A stretch of 64,000 nucleotides of DNA from Chiloscyllium plagiosum (Eukaryota). Below, piece by piece: positions 51,858-64,000 of the stretch (within the stretch, counting starts at the first letter, position 1; each line of letters opens with the position of its first letter). A program made the translations under genes and the position numbers. A model generated the notes under the pieces. That model made no database searches. It was not told the DNA's origin and saw only the letters and a list, made by a program, of their open reading frames with translations. The stretch lies in contig NC_057720.1 of assembly GCF_004010195.1 (NCBI RefSeq), forward strand, positions 12,475,139 through 12,539,138. Direction: 5' to 3'.

Positions 51858-52680
51858 TTACCTAACTTCTACGGATGTTGTTGGCATGCCTACTTGCATT
51901 TTTCAGTAAAACAGAGTTAAAATCACATCTTGTTAATGATACTAAAGTGGGAGACATATAACACTGAGGTTACAGACTGAGATTGAATGCAATTCTGCTG
52001 ATGACCTACAGCATCTCATGGGTGTCCAGTATTGCTTAATTTGTCAGAGTTGCTGGATTTTTTCGAAGCTTGTTAGTTAGCTTGGGGATCAAAAGGCAGT
52101 GTACAAATTTGACGTTGCTGACCTGGTGATATTTTGTAGAGATTTCAGGTTTACAGTATTAATCACATAAGCTCATAATTGCATTGGTATGGCTCACTGT
52201 TTGAGATGAGGAATAGCTGGATCTGCTTTGTTTTCATTCATTTATGTTGGAGTTTTTTTTTCTTCTGTAGATAAGGTACCACATGTGATTCTGCCAATGT
52301 CCTGAGAAGTTTAGAAAGAAGACAGCCAACTGGGTAGCACTTCGTCAAGTGAAGCAATGAGCAGAACATTGACAGCTTGAATATTGGCTTCCTAAACCAT
52401 GTTGGCTTCCTAAACTGAGATTTTTTCCAACTTAAACATATCTTTATTAACAATAACATTTTGGAGTGATTATAGTCAGCATTGCAGAGAGGCCTGATTT
52501 GGAGGAGTGCAAATATATTAATGTGTTGAATATAGCATGAGGTAAGAATTAAAATATAGCAGACATATTGAGTATGTTGACAGTCACAAGCTATTTCTGT
52601 TGCAGAGTGTTTATTGGAAAGAAGTTAATGCTGCTTGACCCTAACAGTGCTTGTTATTTTCATTTTCTTTCTTTTTCTAG

Positions 52681-52861
52681 CGCATTAAAGAGAACAGCAT
52701 CATCGACCGAGTCAAAGTAATCCTTGTCGGTGACCACATTGAGTCAATTAATGGCCAGGGTGTAGTGGGATGTCGGCATTATGAAGTGGCCAAGATGCTG
52801 AAAGAGTTGCCAAAAGGCCAGACATTCACTTTGAAGCTGGTTGAAACGACAAAAGCATTTG
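52681..52861 (+). CDS. GIPC2: GIPC-family PDZ protein, internal coding exon (PDZ core)
   Basis: Polypyrimidine tract ...ctttttctag|, donor G|gtaagt, 181 nt, phase 0/1. Translates [69 protein letters not shown] is GIPC2-like. Not in the supplied ORF track. Confidence 0.93.
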
Positions 52862-52959
52862 GTAAGTTTTGACAACTAATGTGGTTACAGTCCTACTCCT
52901 TCCTCTCTCAGCCCACCCTGGAGCTGTTTAACAACAAAGATGGATACTATGGCCTCAAT

Positions 52960-53885
52960 TATTTAAATCTATATTCATGCCTTGAAGTGGGAGCAGAATA
53001 TAATGTATCCAAATTTGCTACTGGTACAAAGATAGGTGCATATTGTGATGAGGGCAAGGATCTGTAAGGGGTTAAATGATTTGAGTGAGTGGAATTTAAT
53101 GTAGGAAAATCTGAAGTCATGTATTTTGGTAGGAAGTATCAAACGACACATAATTATTTAAATGGGGAATAGCTCCCACAAATTGCAGTGTAGAGGAATC
53201 TGGTTACTCTTGAGCACAAAAGACAAAGTTAGCATGCAGGTGCAGCAAGTAATTAAGGTAAACTAAATTTTGGCCTTTATTGTAAGGGAACTGGAGTTTA
53301 AAAACAGGCATGTTTGTTTAGAACTGTACAGGCTGTTGGTGTGGCCACACCTGGAGTACTGTGTTTTATTCACCACATTTAAGAAATGATGTACTGGCTT
53401 TGGAGACTGTGTTCAGATGAGATGCACTGGATTGATTCTTGGGATGAAGGGGTTGCCTTATGAATGATAGCTAAACAGATTAGTATTTGGAAGAATGAGA
53501 TGTGTTTATATTGGGCAATACAAGATTATAAGTTAGCTTGGTAGGGTAGATGTTAAGAAAGTGTTTCCAATAGTGGAGGAGTCTTGAAGTAGGTGACATA
53601 TCTAAAGAATAAGGGTATTTTCCTTTAAAACTGAGAGGCAAAATAATTTCCTTTTGTGGAATGTAGAGTATACCTGGAATTCTCTATTCCAGAGACTTGT
53701 GTAGGTTAGATCATTGGAAATGTTTGAAGCAGAAGTAATAGATTTTTGAATTGTCAGAATTGAGGAGTATGAGGAGCTGGCACAAAAGAGGAGTTGAGGT
53801 CTGTGGCAGTTCAGCCATCATTTTATAGAATGATAGAACAAGCATGAGGGGCTGATCAACCTACTCCCGCACCTATTTCTTATTC
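52960..53885 (+). mobile_element. Degenerate CR1 fragment
   Basis: VSKFA.GTKIG, PHLEYCV remnants and CR1-like tail. Confidence 0.68.
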
Positions 53886-54627
53886 TTATTTGCAACAGTC
53901 TGTATCTAGGGCACGTTTAAAGACTGATTCTTTTCTTTAAAACTGTGTGCTGCATTGTGGCTGTGTTTTTTTTGAAGAGTTAGTGAATGCTACCTAACCC
54001 ACCACCATCAATTTATCCTGCCTGCTCTGCCATTCCAAAGTGACCGTGAAACTATTGAGTTGTTGTTTAACAGAATGCACATCTTTTTTATTTGTTTGCA
54101 GAATGTGGGCATTGTTAGCTGGTTCTGCATTTATTGTTCGTCATATTACCAATTCATGATTACCCTTGTCAAGGTGCCTTCATGAACTGCAGCTGTTGCT
54201 GTCATTCATGTTGAGGGGGGGGTACATGTGCAGTGCTGGTGAGAAGCAAATTCCAGGAATTTGACCCAGCAACAGTGAAGGGATTGCAATACAGTTAGAA
54301 TGGAGTATGCTTTGTGATTTGGTGGGGAGCTAACAGGTGGCCGTGCTTATTTGCTGCCCTTGTCCTTTAAGGATTGTTCTTCCCGTGCTTGGAAAGTGAT
54401 GTTAATGTAACCTTCACAATTTATCGTTGAGTCTAATGTGAACCTCTTGGGGGGGTTGGAGGGGGGTGCAGTATAGTATAATTCCGTTCCGTCCTGAATG
54501 AAAAGGAACTGCTCAACATCATTCTCTGCTTAGCTAAATTTGTACATTACGATCACTTAATCATCCAATTCTAACATCCTGGGAGTTGCCACTGCCCAGA
54601 GACTAAGTTGGATTTGTACCAACAGTG

Positions 54628-54983
54628 GTGGGTTTCACCAGTTTCCCCATTCTCCCTCCCCCACCTTATCCCAGTCCCAAGTCTCCAACTCAGCATTGCC
54701 CTCTTGACCTGTCCATTGTCCTTCCCATCTATCCGCTCCACCCTCCCCTCCGACATATCGCCACTTCCCCCACCTTCATCTACCTATTGCATTCCCAGCT
54801 TCGTGCCACCTCCCCCCTCCCATTTATCTCTCAGCCCTCCTGCCCACAAACCTCATTCCTGATGAAGGGCTTATGCCTGAAATGTCAATTTTCCTGCTCC
54901 TCGGATGCTGCCTGACCTGCTGTGCTTTTCCAAAACCACGCTGTTGACTCTGATCTCCAGCATCTGCAGTCCTCACTTTCTCC
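54628..54983 (+). mobile_element. Longer monomer of the GGAGAAAGTGAGG family (Penelope 3' end)
   Basis: C/T-rich 3' region, then hammerhead core, then the shared terminus ...CCTCACTTTCTCC. Confidence 0.75.
54859..54886 (+). ncRNA. Minimal hammerhead core
   Basis: CUGAUGA-A-GGGC(UUAU)GCCU-GAAA-U-GUC. Confidence 0.65.
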
Positions 54984-56332
54984 TGGAGTAACAGTGAGCA
55001 TAGTATTGCAAAGCAGTTACTGTTTGAAGCGCTATTGATTGATAATAGACCGATGGGAGTAATTGGCTGCGTTGGATTTGTTGTTTCTGATGAAAAGCCA
55101 TAGCAGACTGGAAACATTAACTCTGTTTTCTCCTCTCAGATGCTACCTGACTTGCTACGTTTCTTGAGAAGTTTCTGTTTCTGTTGGATTTGGACTTGTG
55201 TGTGTGTGAGAGACAAAGCTGAGCAATTTCATGACTGGATGTTGGCAGAACTGCAGAGGTCTGACCTGTTAGTTGTGGGATCATTGGTTCTATATATCAC
55301 TTGCTGCTTCTGTTGTTTAAACGCACTAGTTCTGTATTTTTGCTCTATTTGTAGGTTGTACCTCGTGCTGTCCTTGACATGCTTCATGCGTTTTGCATGG
55401 AACCAGGGTGGATCTGATGGTAGTGGTAGATATGCACGGCCACAGAAGTTGCTACTTGTGGTTACATATAATTCTGCTGTTGATGGCCAGCAGTGTCCTT
55501 CGTATCAAATCTTTTGCGTTTTTGATCAATTCATGGGATATGGGTGTTGCTGATATTTATTATCCATCCCTAGTTCCCCAGAGAACAATAAAGAGTATTA
55601 TTATGGAACAGTGAAATCCAGACATGGAAAAAATTTCCGATTTCTTTCCTTTAAACAAATAGCAAACCAGATTGGTTTTTATGACAATCGACAGTAGCGT
55701 GATTGCCAGTATTTAATTCTGGATTTTTCTAATTGCATTCATGTTTCACCATCTGTTTTAAAAAATTCTCAAGGTCAAGGACCAGGCTCGCAACGGGACC
55801 AAGCGACACCTTCCATTTTCGGTTAGATTCACACATGTATTGGGACACAATTTTAACCCTTTCACCACACCATCTGCCATGATAGGATTTGAGCCTGTGT
55901 CTCCAGAACGTTAGAGGAGTTCTGGATTACTGATGATAAGTCTGTAATGGTTAGGCTGTGATGTTGAGGTCTCATCTATTTTTCCCTCTTATTGGTTCCC
56001 TCACCAGTTGCTGTAGACCCTGTTTAGTGGTTGAGTCCTTTGGGGCTCTGTCAGTAATTTTGCTACCGAGCTACTCATTGTGATGGACATTCAGATAACC
56101 CATCCAGAGTGCCTCCTGTGCTCTTACCAGCCCTGGTGCTTGTACCAGTTGTTGTACAACATGGAGGAGAACTGATTCATCAATTGAGGGTGTTTTGTAG
56201 ATGGCAATTAGCAAGAGGCTTTTTTGACCATGTTTAACTTTATACCATGAGGTTTCATGGCCCTGAATTCAATACCAAGGACTTCGTTTCAACTGTATAC
56301 CAGCTATAGCTAAACCTATAGAAAGCAGAAAT

Positions 56333-56796
56333 GGATGTAGGTTTGCATGCTGAACTGGAAGGTTCATTTCCAGACATTTTGTCACCCTACTAGGTAACAT
56401 CTTCAGTGGGACTTTGGGCGAAGCACTGCTGCTGATTCATGCTTTCAATTTATGCTTGGGTTGGTGATGTCATTTCCTGTTGGAATGCCCTGCTTCGAGC
56501 CAAACAGAGACAGGCGTGAGAATTCCTAGAAGCATGACATTCCAACCAGAACTCTATCAACAAACACATCGAGTTAGACCCTGTCTACCACCCCCTGAGA
56601 AAAAAACAGATGACGACATCACTAACCCAAACATATAAATAAAAAGCAGGAATCAGCAGCAGTGCTTCGCCCGGAGTCCCACTGAAGATGTTACCTAGTA
56701 GGGTGACGAAATGTCTGGAAATGAACCTTCCAGCTCAGTGAGCAAACCTACATCCAGAATCTCAATCTGAGCTACAAATCTTCTCAAAACTCGCTA
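56333..56796. mobile_element. Fold-back Penelope-like element, same family as 3685-4439
   Basis: Inverted pLTR arms; direct repeat AAAGCAGAAAT at 56322-56332 and 56797-56807. Confidence 0.85.
56682..56715 (+). ncRNA. Minimal hammerhead core in Penelope pLTR
   Basis: CUGAAGA-U-GUUACC(UAGUA)GGGUGAC-GAAA-U-GUC; stem I CCA/UGG. Confidence 0.68.
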
Positions 56797-58308
56797 AAAG
56801 CAGAAATAAAAGGAATTTAGTAGAATTTGCATGTTAATGTCCAGACTCAACTCTTCAATATGATTAGAAACACAGCAAGTGCCTCATTCAGTGTATTTGC
56901 AGAATATTTCAAACATGAGATGTTCTTGCCTGAGTATGTGATTGGACATTTAATGTTTTGGCATCAGTCTCCATGCTATATAATTGTGCATTTATTTGGG
57001 AAGAAGTAAAGCATCATCTAGGTGAAGGTTTTAGAACTTGAACTTGAAAGTCAAAGGAGAATTGTTGCAAATAATCTGAGTTTTAAAAAAAAGCTGTCAG
57101 TTATTTGTTTGAAAGCTTTGAATTTTCCTTTGTGGTTAAGCCAATGGTCTTTGGCAGTGGTTTTTATGTCTTCCAGTAAATGTTTATAAATTCTCGGTTG
57201 CCTGCTGGGAAGTATAGGTTTTGCAGTCTTTTAAATAGATCTGGGGGTTTTTCATTGAGTTGCATGTGTTATTTTGACTTTGCGCATGGAACAGTGCTGA
57301 CCAAGTCTGCAGTAGGCAAACCCTCCCCTGAAAACCCTTTTGCTGTAGCTGAGGAGAGAGTGGCAGAGGCTAGTGCTACAAAGGAGCAAAAACCGTTTTC
57401 ACCAGTTGGCAAAAGTCTAGAAAATATGAGCAAATGTTGGCTATTCAGACCATGGAGTCTGTTCTACCATTCAACATGATCATGTTTGATCCTCTATCTC
57501 AGTGCCATTCTCTCCTCTCCCCAAACAGATGACGACAATACTAACTCATTGACATATATTCCTTTCTTAAATATATTCACTCACTTCGCCACCACAGTCA
57601 TCTGTAGTAGAGAATTCTACGTTTACCACCTTCTGAAGAAATTGCTCCTTATTTCAGTCCAGAATGGACCATGATGTACCCTGAGACCAGACTCCTAGTT
57701 CTGACTCCCTTGCCAAAGGACACATTATTCCATCATCCAGTCAGTTTTTTTTTGTCAAAGTGGCAGCACTGGCAAGGTAGGTAGCTTTTTGGCTCCTGAG
57801 CTTGTTTGCTCCAGACTGGCTGCTTCCTCCCTTCCTCCTCTTCCTATCCGTAGTGGCAGAGAAGGTGACATCATGGAGGAGGGCAGCTGGAGCAGCTCTG
57901 GGGGCTCCTGGTTGTGGACGGCCCAGAGGGAAGACTCCAGTCCTCGGCAACAGCGTGGTCGGCTTGGAGTGGGGAAGATCCAGCATGGCACCCAGCTTCA
58001 GTGCAGTGTTGGCGAGGTGGACCCAGCCGCGTCGAGGTGGCGATTCTGTCATTGGGTCTGGATCAGGTGGCAAGGTGGTGGAGGTGTGGTGAAGGTTCAG
58101 GTTTCATTGGTAACCCAGCTCAGGGCACAGATCTCATGGTGGAGGCAGCAGAACGAAGATGGGCTCCTTTTCAGCTATATATTTTTATTCTTTTATTCTT
58201 AAATTATTCAAAATAGTGCCGATTGTGATGACAGTTGAAGCTTTTGACTGTATTTTACTGTATTATTTGCTGTGAAATAAAAGTGACAATAAATCATTCC
58301 AATTCAAA

Positions 58309-58876
58309 TCATGTTGCTGCTGTGTAAAACTTTAGTTCAGCCACTTTTGGAGTACTGTGTGCAGCTCCATCCCCTCACTGTAAGAATGTTGTGAAGGCTT
58401 TGGAGAGGATGCAAAAGAGGTTTACCAGAATTTTATCTGGATTGGACTGTATTAGCTACAAGGAGAGGTTGGACAAAAGTGGATTGTTTTCACTAGAGTG
58501 TTAGAGGCTGAAGGGTGACCCGATAGAAGTGTATAAAATTGTAAGAGGCATGGACTGGTGTATAGTTGGAGTCTTTTCTTTATCCCCTGAATGGAAATAT
58601 CAAATACTTGAGGACATCGGTTTAAGTGGGAGGGAGAAAATTTAAAGGAAATGTGCCAGGCTAGGTTTTCGCACAGAGCGTAGTAGGTGCCTGGAACGTG
58701 CGAGCAGGGAAGACGGTATTAGCAGAATGGATAGCACTGTTTAAGAGGCATTTAGACAGGCACATGAACAGGCAGAGATTCGAGGAATACCGATCATGTG
58801 CAGGCAGCTGGGATTGATTTAGACAGTATCGTGGTTGGCATATATGTAGTGGGTCAGAGGCCCTGTTCAATGTTCT
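58309..58876 (+). mobile_element. CR1 3' fragment
   Basis: LERMQKRFTR and RLKGD remnants. Confidence 0.72.
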
Positions 58877-58983
58877 AATAAGGTCTATTTTTATGCAGCT
58901 TGGCTGGAGTGAGGATGTTGAATGCAGAATTGATGAGTGAGATGTTCTGAACCTGCTATCTGTAAAGTTCCAGTGTGGAATTC

Positions 58984-60617
58984 ACATCTTGCAAAATGTC
59001 CAGATTACAAAGGAGGAAGTGCTGGATGTCTTGAAACGCTTAAAGGTGGATAAATCCCCAGGACCTGATCAGGTGTACCCAACAACTCTGTGGGAAGCTA
59101 GAGAAGTGATTGCTGCGCCTCTTGCTGAGATATTTATATCATCGATAGTCACAGGTGAGGTGCCGGAAGACTGGAGATTGGCAAACGTGGTGCCACTGTT
59201 TAAGAAAGGTGGTAAAGACAAGCCAGGGAACTATAGACTGGTGAGCCTGACCTCGGTGGTGGGCAAGTTGTTGGAGGGAATCCTGAGGGACAGGATGTAC
59301 ATGTATTTGGAAAGGCAAGGACTGACTTGGGATAGTCAACATGGCTTTGTGCGTGGAAAATCATGTCTCACACACTTGACTGAGTTTTTTGAAGAAGTAA
59401 CAAAGAAGATTGATGAGGGCAGAGCAGTAGATGTGATCTATATAGACCTCAGTAAGGCATTTGACAAGGTTCCCCATGGGAGACTGATTAGCAAGGTTAG
59501 ATCTCATGTAATACAGGGAGAACCAGCCATTTGGATACAGAACTGTCTCAAAGGTAGAAGACAAGAGGGTGGTGGTGGAGAGTTGTTTTTCAGACTGGAG
59601 GCCTGTGACCAGTGGAGTGCCACAAGGATCGATGCTGGCCCTCTACTTTTTGTCATCTACATAAATGATTTGGATGCGAGCATAAGAGGTACAGTTAGTA
59701 AGTTTGCAGATGACACCAAAATTGGAGGTGTAGTGGACAGCGAAGAGGGTTAACTCATATTACAAGAGGATCTGGACCAGATTGGCCAATGGGCTGAGAA
59801 CTGGCAGATGGAGTTTAATTCAGATAAACGCGACGTGCTGCATTTAGGGAAAGCAAATCTTAGCAGGACTTATACACTTAATGGTAAGGTCCTAGGGAGT
59901 GTTGCTGAACAAAGAGACCTTGGATTCATAGCTCCTTGAAAGTGGAGTCACAGGTAGATAGGATAGTGACGGTGTCGTTTGGTATGCCTCCTTTATTGGT
60001 CAGAGTATTGAGTACAGGAGTTGGGAGGTCATGTTGCGGCTGTACAGGACATTGGTTAGGCCACTGTTGGAATATTGCGTGCAATTCTGGTCTCCTTCCT
60101 ACCGGAAAGATGTTGTGAAACTTGAAAGGGTTCAGAGAAGATTTACAAGGATGTTGCCCAGGGTTGGAGGTTCTGAGCTACAGGGAGAGGCTGAACAGGC
60201 TGGGGCTGTTTTCCCTGGAGTGTTGGAGGCTGAGGGGTGACCTTATAGAGGTTTACAAAATTATGAGGGGCATGGATAGGATAAATGGATAAAGTCTTTT
60301 CCCTGGGGTCGGGGAGTCCAGAACTAGAGGGCATAGATTTAGGGTGAGAGGGGAAAGATATAAAAGAGACCTAAGGGGCAACTTTTTCATGCAGAGAGTG
60401 GTACGTGTATGGAATGAGCTGCCAGAGGATGTGGTGGAGGCTGGTACAATTGCAACATTTAAGAGGCATTTGGATGGGGATATGAATAGGAAGGGTTTGG
60501 AGGGATATGGGCCAGGTGCTGGCAGATGAGACTAGATTGAGTTGGGATATCTGGTCGGCATGGACGGGTTGGACTAAAGGGTCTGTTTCTGCGTTGTATA
60601 TCTCTATGATTCTTTGA
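58984..60617 (+). mobile_element. 5'-truncated CR1/HER1-type LINE
   Basis: 254-aa RT ORF 58989-59753 (KSPGPD, PGNYRLVSLTS, DLSKAFDKV, KFADDTK) and 3' UTR. Confidence 0.94.
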
Positions 60618-61280
60618 CTCCTGAGTGCAGGCCTGAAGGTGTCAAAGGAAATGGTTGCTGGGAACAGGCCAGAACCGTGCAGTTAGTATACATTGTCTCA
60701 TCTGGGATTGGTTTATTCACTTCACTGCTTTCTGTCAGGATTTGACACCAATGTCCTGCTACAACATGGTCTGGGAATGATAATACTATGATTTCACTTC
60801 TCTGAATGTTCATGTGACATCTGTATACTGCGAATCTCGTTTACAGATGACTGCTATGTGACTTGGTTGGCAACACTCTCCTGTCATTCAAACCCAACTC
60901 AAACACACAAATGACACTTCCAGTGCATTATTCAAGGTGTGCTACATTGTTGATGGCCCTATCTTTTGGATGAGGCTTTAAACCAAAGACTCATCCACCT
61001 TCTCTGGTGCTCAGAAAAGACAGCAGGGAGATTCTTCCAACATTCTGTCCAATATTTATTCCACTGCTAAATCAGTTTGAGAGAAAATAAAGCTTAATCA
61101 TTGTCACATTGCATGGAGCTTCTAAAGCAGAACATGTAGTGCTAATATGTGACTGCACTCTGACTTAGCCACTTGGTGGAGCTATGGACATTGTTTTACC
61201 AATGCCTCTCATTTCATGCTGAATTTGACTGGAATTTGTGTGACCTGTTACTGAGAGGTAATCATTGAGTGGAGTCGTTT

Positions 61281-61617
61281 ACGGTGGCACGGTGGCTCAG
61301 TGGTTAGCACTGCTGTCTCACAGCACCAGGGACCTGGTTTCGATTCCAACCTCGGGTGACTGTCTGTTTGTGTTCAGTTTGCACATTCTCCCCCTGTCTG
61401 CGTGGGTTTCCTCCAACAATCCAAAGATATGCAGGTGAGGTGAATTGGCTGTAGTAAATTGCGCACTGTTCAGGGATGTGTATGTTAGGTGCATTAGTCA
61501 TGTCCAGTATGTACAGTACTAGGGTAGGGGAATGGGTCTGGGTGGGATACTCTTCAGAGGGTCGGTGTGGACTCGTTGGGTCAAGTGGCCTGTTTCCACA
61601 CTGTAGGGATTCTATCA
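61281..61617 (+). mobile_element. HE1-type SINE, older subfamily
   Basis: A box TGGCTCAGTGG, B-box-like GTTTCGATTCC, shared body. Confidence 0.85.
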
Positions 61618-63018
61618 TGATTCCTGATAGATAAGAGATTCCAAAGGTATTGTAGATTAGCAATCTAACACTTTCTGATCATGTTGTGAAGTTTCAGTGA
61701 ATTCAGATTTGCTATATAACTGCAGGTTATTAACAATCCAAAGATTCCACCTGCATTGTGCAGTTAAATTCATTGATCTTCAGGTTTGGAAGAAAGGTCA
61801 TTGATTTGAAATGTGCACTTTAGTTGCATTACAGATACTGTCTAATCACTGAGTATTTCTTGTATTTTCTATCTATGCCCCAGAATTTAAATGAGTGTAA
61901 ATCAAGGTGCACCTATACTTACAGCCATCTCCATATCTAAATCAATATTCTACCCATGTCTGTTGATCTCTCGGTACCTTCTGTTTCTTTCTTGTATTTG
62001 AAAACCTCCTGACCATAGAGAGTGAACTCTCAGCTGTCACAGGTCTGCATGCTTTCATTCTGAAGTGTCACTTCCACTGTCTTCAAATGGCCTCCATTAG
62101 TGGTGATAGTTTCAGGCTCCCCACTTGAATTTTGTCACTTCCTGCTTGCCCAGGTACTGTTGTGCATTTTTCTTTAAACATAGTTAGCAATTTGAAAGGA
62201 ATTGATTTTCTCTTTTTGAAATCATGGTTCAGGCACAGGCGGCACTACATTAAAGTGAGGGTGCAAAACAGCATCTGCAGTGTTTTCAGACTTATCCATG
62301 AGTTCATGTTCTGCAACCACCTGTCCTTATTCTCTTTCATCTATTCTTTATAATATAACCACTTTTTCCTCATGCCCTCAGCTAGCTACCCTTCAAATAC
62401 TTCCATGCTATTTGTTGACTTCCACATTATCGCCATTTTCTGGGTAAAGAAATTTTCCTTGATTTTCATATGGGATTTATTAGTGAATCTTAAACATATG
62501 GGGTTTGTTTCTTCCCTGACTCTAGCCATTTCCTACGTTCTCAAAGTCCATCACATGAAAATATAATTAAGCATTCTGTGAGATCATGCATCTTTTTATT
62601 GTGTGATTGCGTGATTAAGTCATATGACCAAATATTAATTGAAACAAAGTTTTTAACAGCATTGTAAGTGCGAACTTATGGATTTAACAATTTATTTGCT
62701 AACTGATGTTTCACCTCGTACAGCTGGAGTCACTGTCAAAAGCAACATTTTTATCTGTTAACTGTTTTCTGACATTTCTGGCAGCAATCTAAGATGGAGC
62801 ACCAATGCACACCTGTTTGAATCATTCTGTTCATTCATTTATTTGCCACCTTTGGGAAATTGGCTGCTAGTCCACTTTGTCTAACAGTGGATTCAAATCA
62901 AAATTTTTAAAATTGGCTATGAAGTGTTTTAGGCCATCTATATCGCGCACATTTTGTCACAGTTTTCTCTTTTCCTTGCTATGTTTTCACTTTAACTTAA
63001 TTTCCATTCCCTTGTTAG

Positions 63019-63131
63019 AAGCGATTGAACCAAGGTCACGAGGAGCCAGACCTGGTGGTGAAGCCAAGATTGGCACAGGGAGGGGCACATTACGATTACG
63101 TTCAAAGGGCCCTGCAACTGTTGAGGAATTG
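63019..63131 (+). CDS. GIPC2: GIPC-family PDZ protein, internal coding exon (PDZ-GH2 linker)
   Basis: Acceptor ttcccttgttag|AA completes the phase-1 codon G+AA=E; donor |gtaggt; 113 nt. Translates (E)AIEPRSRGARPGGEAKIGTGRGTLRLRSKGPATVEEL; TLRLRSKGPATVEE matches GIPC2. Confidence 0.92.
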
Positions 63132-64000
63132 GTAGGTGCTATAAAACATCATTCAAGTATCAAGTATTCAAGTAGAAATGTTGTTGTCTTTCCACTGAAG
63201 ATAAGGAATTCTTAGCAATGCGTTAAATCCAATCCAGCCATGGATAGTATTGACAAATAAGGAGTGAAGCTCTCTGCTCTGACTCAATAGTGTGCCTCAG
63301 CCTGAACCTCCGATATGCTGCTGATAGTGTATCAGTTTGGCAACATGCAAGTATTCTAAAATTCCATTTTTCATGTCTTTCAGTCTGGGAGATTGTTGAT
63401 TCATGCTGAATAGAAGATAATTGTGTATTCAACTTCATTTGCCGTAAGAACATATTTTTCTGATAAAGACCTTAGAGGAAAGTTGGTTGGGACAGTTTGA
63501 AAATTGAGAAACCTTTGTTGAGATAGATGCTAAGATGCCATTTTTGTGTATGAAAAGGGCCACCAGACTTGTTAGAGAAAACGGAGGACAGTTTGCTGGA
63601 GAAGAATTGTGGGGGATAGGGTACTGATAAGGATAGATTCAGGGGGCCTCTAGTCATCCATCTGTCAAAATTGGAGGAAAGGGGTATGAGCCACTATTGC
63701 TGCTGCTTTCATATGGTAATGCATGGACATATAAAAATAATAATAATGATAAATAATTTCTTGGGCAGTTTTCTTCATCTCTGCATTGAGAAATATGGGA
63801 CAGTGTGTGCCCTGGACAACACATACCTAGGATAATTCCAGGATAATCCTAGAAAATCTTGCAAAAGCAAATTACTGTGGAGATCTGAAATAAAAACAGT
63901 GCTGAACAAACTGAGGAGGTCTGCCAGCATCTGTGGAGGGAGACGCAGAGTTAATGTTCAAGTCCTTTGACTGTTCTTTGGAATTGTTGAAATCCAAAAT

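Noticed and set aside
57741..58216. Overlapping GC-rich ORFs on both strands
   Set aside because: No recognisable domain; the segment interrupts CR1 remnants and ends in GTGACAATAAA plus a short tail, typical of a retroposon 3' end.

Overview
Eukaryotic, repeat-rich vertebrate DNA, most likely a shark or other cartilaginous fish (HE1-type tRNA SINEs, HER1/CR1 LINEs, abundant Penelope derivatives). The window lies inside a + strand GIPC-family PDZ gene, probably GIPC2. Three internal coding exons are visible (43111-43296, 52681-52861, 63019-63131); I found neither the first nor the terminal coding exons. The rest is intron filled with CR1 LINEs, SINEs, Penelope-like elements, a Mutator (MULE) transposon remnant, a pogo/Tigger-like MITE, three copies of one LTR and a 500-N gap. 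Highlights: (1) an intronless, decayed RBPMS2-like cDNA lying in sense orientation between two direct LTRs, a candidate LTR-mediated gene capture; (2) several families of short, mostly fold-back, TSD-flanked Penelope derivatives carrying minimal hammerhead ribozyme cores, at least five on the GIPC sense strand; (3) a MULE with long TIRs and a 9-bp TSD; (4) a possible decayed antisense transcription unit at about 20.3-22 kb. Homologies are recognised from memory; no search was run, and many repeat boundaries are approximate.
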